From sequence record NC_016163.1: a stretch of DNA of 64,000 bases, one strand, 5' to 3'. This document shows positions 59,350 to 64,000 of this stretch, in pieces. Under the pieces are notes generated by a model. It made no database searches and was not told where the DNA came from. It saw only the letters and a program-made list of their open reading frames with translations. A program made the translations under genes and the position numbers. The first letter of the stretch is position 1. Each line of letters starts with the position of its first letter.

Positions 59350-59352
59350 CCA

Positions 59353-59736
59353 ATGTTCGTCAATAAACTTAAATTACATACATCTAAAGATCTAAATAAA
59401 TTAGAAGATGGTTACACCCATTCAATTATTGAGTCAACCAATATTAAAACTCTTGGAATATTCAGTAATGATTTAGCTACCAGAACCGATACTCTTTCAA
59501 AATATCATACTAAACTAGAAGCCCTTACCTTACACTACTTTCTTGACATAAACCCTATGATACGATACCACTGGAAATTCTTAGATATTATGAACTCTTT
59601 GAATCAAACGTGTCGTAGACCCAAGCTCCTAAACCTTTTAAGAAATGCACCACAGTCAAATGACTTTGATGACTATCTCTTAAACAACCGTCTCCCTCCA
59701 ATAAAATTCTTTATCCACACCGAGGACAACCACTAA
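59353..59736 (+). CDS. small hypothetical (array gene 13)
   Basis: AAGGA RBS. Confidence 0.7.
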   Translation: MFVNKLKLHTSKDLNKLEDGYTHSIIESTNIKTLGIFSNDLATRTDTLSKYHTKLEALTLHYFLDINPMIRYHWKFLDIMNSLNQTCRRPKLLNLLRNAPQSNDFDDYLLNNRLPPIKFFIHTEDNH

Positions 59737-59737
59737 A

Positions 59738-60157
59738 ATGTATATCACTTCAGTCCAACTCATGCTCAAACCCAAATCCAATAATCCCTCAGAGGTACGT
59801 GTAGTAAATTCGTTAAATGCAGACGTCCTTAAAATAGCAGGTTCAGAAGCCCTTAGCCGCCAATTATCTTTAATGGATTTCTTTAGCGTAGCCCACTTAC
59901 CTTCAACCATCATCGAAGAACTAAAAATCCTTCCAGTCTTCGATAAATTTCACATCACGATAAAAGATCAGTATGGGGATAGCGCTACATCCGATGAGGA
60001 TGAATGTGACGAAGAAGAAGGAGAATACGCATCTAAAGGTACTAATGAGATTGAAAGGTGGGGTATCTATAACAGACGTTATAATTCTCATGATGATCTC
60101 AAATCTGATGTAGATTATAAGAAATTACGTAGTATGGTATTTCATATAGAGTGGTAG
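59738..60157 (+). CDS. small hypothetical with acidic patch (array gene 14)
   Basis: GAGG RBS. Confidence 0.7.
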   Translation: MYITSVQLMLKPKSNNPSEVRVVNSLNADVLKIAGSEALSRQLSLMDFFSVAHLPSTIIEELKILPVFDKFHITIKDQYGDSATSDEDECDEEEGEYASKGTNEIERWGIYNRRYNSHDDLKSDVDYKKLRSMVFHIEW

Positions 60158-60214
60158 AGTACCTAAGAGAGTATATAAGAATATTAATACGTAAAATATA
60201 GGAAATTTTGAGCT

Positions 60215-60508
60215 ATGGATAAAATTTCGATATACCATGATAATAAGTCAGAAAAATTAAGATTTTCTTATAAAATAATTCCGTTACAAACAAAGATAGA
60301 ACAAAAGAAGTTTGAGATCTTAGCTGAGAGGTTATCAATCTTAGAGAACTTTCCGGTTAGTGGTCACTTAAGCGAATTAGAGATAGTCTCACCCATATAT
60401 AATATTAGTATAGACCCTTGGGATTTATATGAAACTTGTTCTACTTCAGAAATGACTAATTACAGCATGACTAGCCGAGTTAAACTCTTTATAATTGGAA
60501 GAAGTTGA
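60215..60508 (+). CDS. small hypothetical (array gene 15)
   Basis: AGGA RBS. Confidence 0.7.
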   Translation: MDKISIYHDNKSEKLRFSYKIIPLQTKIEQKKFEILAERLSILENFPVSGHLSELEIVSPIYNISIDPWDLYETCSTSEMTNYSMTSRVKLFIIGRS

Positions 60509-60782
60509 TATGAAGGTATATTATGCCATTTACTATCCAATTGATAATGAGGATGATGATTACTCTCCTGAAGAAGTTAGACATCTCAAAGAAAATGAAA
60601 TTGATAATACTCTAAAAGAATTAAGAGATGATTCTCTAACCAATGACCATATAAGTGAATGTATGAGGGCTTTAGTTCAGTTATGGAGAGGAGTTCCATT
60701 TATTCTGACTTTTATGGGTAGAGAGTATAGAAGTCAGACTATTTTTATCTCTTTACCTGAGAAATCTATATTTAAGAGGTAA
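60495..60782 (+). CDS. small hypothetical (array gene 16)
   Basis: Operon ORF; start may be ATG 60510. Confidence 0.65.
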   Translation: MEEVDMKVYYAIYYPIDNEDDDYSPEEVRHLKENEIDNTLKELRDDSLTNDHISECMRALVQLWRGVPFILTFMGREYRSQTIFISLPEKSIFKR

Positions 60783-60784
60783 AT

Positions 60785-61042
60785 GTGTTTATTTATAAAG
60801 AACGATTTCACCATAGTTGGAAGGATGTAGGTAAATCTAAGCCTGAAATGAAAATTATATACATGAAGGAATCTATTAGAGTAATATATGAATTAAGAAT
60901 GCATATATTCTTTGGTGATACAGTTAGTGTATTTACCGCGTCCATTAATTTACTTTTTAGAGGATTTACATTCTCAATAGATACTAAAGCTATGGATAAC
61001 AACGTATATATTCCACCGCATAAAAAGTGTATGTTCCGATGA
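60785..61042 (+). CDS. small hypothetical (array gene 17)
   Basis: GAGG RBS, GTG start. Confidence 0.65.
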   Translation: MFIYKERFHHSWKDVGKSKPEMKIIYMKESIRVIYELRMHIFFGDTVSVFTASINLLFRGFTFSIDTKAMDNNVYIPPHKKCMFR

Positions 61043-61287
61043 AAATTATATCCGTTGGTAGAACTTTAAGATGTTTTCCAAGATATGAAAGACTACTCGA
61101 AAGAGAGGAAGGAGAATTACTTGAAAGTACACTGAGATTAACTTATAAAGTTGTAGGTGATATAGGAGAAGATACTCATTCAGCTACTTTGATATGTAAT
61201 GTATTTATTCATTGTATTAGAAAGGATTATGCTGTTAAGGAAGTAATGCGACAATTTGTAATTAAGCCGGAGATTAATTTCCTCTAA
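61027..61287 (+). CDS. small hypothetical (array gene 18)
   Basis: Probable ATGA coupling at 61039. Confidence 0.65.
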   Translation: MYVPMKIISVGRTLRCFPRYERLLEREEGELLESTLRLTYKVVGDIGEDTHSATLICNVFIHCIRKDYAVKEVMRQFVIKPEINFL

Positions 61288-61517
61288 TGAAAATTATACG
61301 GACTAGAGAATCAAAAACAAAAGTCAGAGTAAAAGCTAGAGACTTTGAATTATATTACAATCATGTTGCATCTGCATGTGCAGGATTAGATTGGCAGGGA
61401 GAAGGGGAAAATCATCACGATATTATACATTTAGAGAGTAATTCTTTTCCCGATTTTGAAGGAATATATCACGTAGTAACCTTTAGAAATACTTGGTACG
61501 CTAATGAAAACCTATAA
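61287..61517 (+). CDS. small hypothetical (array gene 19)
   Basis: TAATG coupling. Confidence 0.7.
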   Translation: MKIIRTRESKTKVRVKARDFELYYNHVASACAGLDWQGEGENHHDIIHLESNSFPDFEGIYHVVTFRNTWYANENL

Positions 61518-61716
61518 GTATCCTCTCTACCTGCTACCAACACCATATACGATGATTAGCGCCACACTCTTTTTTAATACTCCTAAAACGTATGATAATA
61601 TAGTAAAATTTATCAAAACTGAAGGAAAATTCTCATCTATTATTAAAATTAATGAAAATCATAACGTGCATATAACTTTTAAATGGAAAAGAGTATTTTT
61701 CAATGAAAATTCTTAA
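61504..61716 (+). CDS. small hypothetical (array gene 20)
   Basis: Overlapping operon ORF. Confidence 0.65.
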   Translation: MKTYKYPLYLLPTPYTMISATLFFNTPKTYDNIVKFIKTEGKFSSIIKINENHNVHITFKWKRVFFNENS

Positions 61717-61939
61717 AGGTTTTAGAAAAAAAGTTCCTAATACTGAAATTATTACAAATACTATCATTAATCCTAAATTAGTTCCTGCATCAGAAGCTTT
61801 AGATTTATTTGAAATGAGCTATGCTCCGTTATGTATGTTCTGTTTCTATACAGAAGATGTAGATAATGGGGGATGGGGTGATAATGAAGCTTTTCATGTG
61901 GAGTTCAGAAAGAACTTCTTAGTTAATCCGAGGAAATGA
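61703..61939 (+). CDS. small hypothetical (array gene 21)
   Basis: Overlapping operon ORF. Confidence 0.65.
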   Translation: MKILKGFRKKVPNTEIITNTIINPKLVPASEALDLFEMSYAPLCMFCFYTEDVDNGGWGDNEAFHVEFRKNFLVNPRK

Positions 61940-62142
61940 TGAAAATAAGTCGAAGTGAAAAGAACTCTGCTGGTATTTACAGAGAGTACAAAACTCCTTT
62001 AAGCTTTATAAGAGATTTAGACTTGATGTTAGACGATATTGCAGTAGATTATGCAAGAATCTTTACTAAACGACTTAATTACCCACATACGGCTAAATGG
62101 TTTGTGTTTGATAAGAATTGGTTGGTTAATTCTACTATGTAA
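61936..62142 (+). CDS. small hypothetical (array gene 22)
   Basis: ATGA coupling, GAGG RBS. Confidence 0.7.
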   Translation: MMKISRSEKNSAGIYREYKTPLSFIRDLDLMLDDIAVDYARIFTKRLNYPHTAKWFVFDKNWLVNSTM

Positions 62143-62155
62143 AAGGATAACTGCA

Positions 62156-62404
62156 ATGCTTACTGTCCAAATCGACTTTGCTATCAGACCTATTCCTCAA
62201 ATAGTACGTAAATGGGCGATGTCTGTAGCGAATCATAAACTACAAGAAATGGAACTTCTTAAAGAAAATTCATACCATGCATTTTATAGTAATATTTGTG
62301 AAGAATTCTTTTATAATAAGTCAGATAATGATATTTGTTTCTTTAATGAGTTTGGCGGCTTACAAGAATCTGTATATAATATGTGGAAAAGAAGACTTAT
62401 ATGA
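62156..62404 (+). CDS. small hypothetical (array gene 23)
   Basis: AAGGA RBS before in-frame ATG 62156. Confidence 0.7.
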   Translation: MLTVQIDFAIRPIPQIVRKWAMSVANHKLQEMELLKENSYHAFYSNICEEFFYNKSDNDICFFNEFGGLQESVYNMWKRRLI

Positions 62405-62676
62405 AATCTATAAATATTTATGATGAAAATAAGTATAATGATGAACCTCATTCAAAAACTGCATCAGATACTCTTGTAATACCAAAATCAATAATTTATG
62501 ATTGGGTAGCGACTCCATTTTCAGAATACACTAAAGGAATACTTGTAACATATCAGACTATCCCAGGAACAACAACTGCTAGGAATGGTAGAGTGTATTC
62601 AAAGGGTGATTTTATGCAATTTAATATCTATCCTTTTATAGAAGGAGTGTGGGATTCTAACCATGTATCTACATAA
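62383..62676 (+). CDS. small hypothetical (array gene 24)
   Basis: Probable ATGA coupling at 62401. Confidence 0.65.
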   Translation: MEKKTYMKSINIYDENKYNDEPHSKTASDTLVIPKSIIYDWVATPFSEYTKGILVTYQTIPGTTTARNGRVYSKGDFMQFNIYPFIEGVWDSNHVST

Positions 62677-62920
62677 AGCTAAAAGATATTACAGTTCTTT
62701 CAAAGATTTCAATGAGTATATCAAAAATGGTAGAACCTTATGTAAATTAAAATTGAAAGGACTCATTCATGATATGATTAATGATGATGAAGAAAATTAT
62801 TCAGCACATACTATCCACACTTACATGTATGATGTAGATTTTAATTATAATCAACGATCCCCAATAAATAAAAATAAGCCTATCATAGAAATTTCATTTG
62901 TAAAGGATAATTATTTATGA
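62663..62920 (+). CDS. small hypothetical (array gene 25)
   Basis: GGAG RBS, overlap with upstream gene. Confidence 0.65.
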   Translation: MYLHKAKRYYSSFKDFNEYIKNGRTLCKLKLKGLIHDMINDDEENYSAHTIHTYMYDVDFNYNQRSPINKNKPIIEISFVKDNYL

Positions 62921-63171
62921 AAACTATAAGAACTATAAAACACTTACCTTTTGATAGATATAATGAACAAATGACTAAGACTTTTCTGTTAGATCAGCCA
63001 ATTTCTAAGATTTTTATGATAAGAAAAGATGCAGAAGATTTTGATAATGAAAATAGATCGTACTTGTTTTATCACCAGAAGAAAATTTCACCTACAGAAG
63101 TAATTCGTATGGTAGATATTGATAACGATGTTAATCTTTTTAAGGAAAAACATGTACATTTCAAGAACTAA
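62917..63171 (+). CDS. small hypothetical (array gene 26)
   Basis: ATGA coupling. Confidence 0.7.
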   Translation: MKTIRTIKHLPFDRYNEQMTKTFLLDQPISKIFMIRKDAEDFDNENRSYLFYHQKKISPTEVIRMVDIDNDVNLFKEKHVHFKN

Positions 63172-63181
63172 TGAAAGAGAA

Positions 63182-63445
63182 ATGAATTTTAAGCGTAAGT
63201 CTAATCCAAAAACAGTTAGAGAAATTTATACCAATCTTCTTCATGATGATTTTTCTCTACCTAAGTATAAAATGTATTTTGGCTTTGAAAATGAATTAAA
63301 GTTTTCAAATGTAACTATAATGTTTAAATACGTTAAGAGACCTTTCCATTCTCTTCAAACGATTTTTGATGTAAATGTAGAAATGTCTAATCGTTGGAAG
63401 TCACCTAAAGTTTCAGCAGTAATACAAGATGACAGTTTATCATAA
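63182..63445 (+). CDS. small hypothetical (array gene 27)
   Basis: In-frame ATG after previous stop. Confidence 0.65.
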   Translation: MNFKRKSNPKTVREIYTNLLHDDFSLPKYKMYFGFENELKFSNVTIMFKYVKRPFHSLQTIFDVNVEMSNRWKSPKVSAVIQDDSLS

Positions 63446-63456
63446 GGAATTTAACT

Positions 63457-63684
63457 TTGAAAGCTTTATCAATTATCGATGATGAAGAACGTGAAGGTAG
63501 TATAAGAGACTATGATTATAAAATCTTAGAGCCTATAAATGAAATACTGGAGGATTTAGAAGAAGAGATAATGATTTCTGGAATAGGTGTAACTATGGTA
63601 GATACATTCGGAATGGATGAAAGTTTCTTTGATGCACACATCTTTCCAGTGGATTTAAAGGAGAGCTTTATAAGGTTTATGTAA
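63457..63684 (+). CDS. small acidic hypothetical (array gene 28)
   Basis: AAGGA RBS, TTG start. Confidence 0.65.
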   Translation: MKALSIIDDEEREGSIRDYDYKILEPINEILEDLEEEIMISGIGVTMVDTFGMDESFFDAHIFPVDLKESFIRFM

Positions 63685-63909
63685 ATGAGACGATTAAAAG
63701 GTAAAGTAGTAGGAATTGATAATTTACTAAGATGGGATAGACAGTGGGGAGGAAGAATGTGGTTAGAGGGGAGCGCTTTTAATGATTATGATGTACTTTT
63801 TAAAGATACCGTTTTAGAATTTAAGTTAGCGGATACTTTTGAAGACGTTTATTCCCCATATTCACTATATCTTACTACTAAAGATGTCAAAAATGTTAGA
63901 GTATCATAA
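63685..63909 (+). CDS. small hypothetical (array gene 29)
   Basis: Abuts previous stop. Confidence 0.7.
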   Translation: MRRLKGKVVGIDNLLRWDRQWGGRMWLEGSAFNDYDVLFKDTVLEFKLADTFEDVYSPYSLYLTTKDVKNVRVS

Positions 63910-64000
63910 TGAAAATCAAAAAGTTCAAGATGAAGTATGAATATGTATATCATGATTGGTTGCAACAAAATGCCGAAGAAATTATATGGGGATATCAAAA
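63909..64000 (+). CDS. small hypothetical (array gene 30), 3'-truncated
   Basis: TAATG coupling; MKIKKFKMKYEY... open to window end. Confidence 0.6.
   Translation, partial: MKIKKFKMKYEYVYHDWLQQNAEEIIWGYQ

Noticed and set aside
734-60000. Many short opposite-strand or overlapping ORFs in the track (e.g. 907..1101, 4506..4730, 12993..13301, 24033..24326, 30876..31214, 44355..44783, 48398..48790, 59680..59913)
   Set aside because: They are shadows of long, motif-bearing genes, lack an RBS and have antisense-like composition
1-64000. CRISPR arrays, rRNA, tRNA, integrase
   Set aside because: No regularly spaced direct repeats or recognisable RNA-gene or recombinase signatures found by eye

Overview
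AT-rich segment of a lytic jumbo myophage genome. The host is probably a gammaproteobacterium (Enterobacterales-like tail-fibre collar/Tfa modules and codon bias). No tRNA, rRNA, CRISPR array or integrase was seen. The minus strand (~0.5-29.2 kb) carries virion and lysis genes: a gp5/VgrG-like spike, a holin-like gene with a signal-peptide SLT endolysin, DUF4376-like chaperones, three large Kelch beta-propeller proteins with a shared N-terminal domain, two tail fibre/Tfa pairs, and a TM-protein plus solo-PAS pair. The plus strand carries early and replication genes: a Dda/RecD-like helicase, an HNH endonuclease, a MoxR AAA+ with a DUF2201/VWA partner, orphan antitoxins (HicB and two HigA), gyrB, gyrA, an Mre11/SbcD-like nuclease, a DnaB-like helicase and a 30-gene array of tiny ORFs. 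gyrB, gyrA and dnaB are each split at a catalytic motif by a group I intron carrying a homing endonuclease; the splice junctions were derived by hand. Two recurring promoter-like motifs are visible. AACA-N6-T(A/G) lies ahead of structural genes, gyrase genes and two intron endonucleases. ATATATTAT-N4-TGA lies ahead of early operons. Both resemble motifs of AR9/PBS1/phiR1-37-like phages with their own multisubunit RNA polymerases; that affiliation is inference. All annotations are by motif recognition only, with no database searches.
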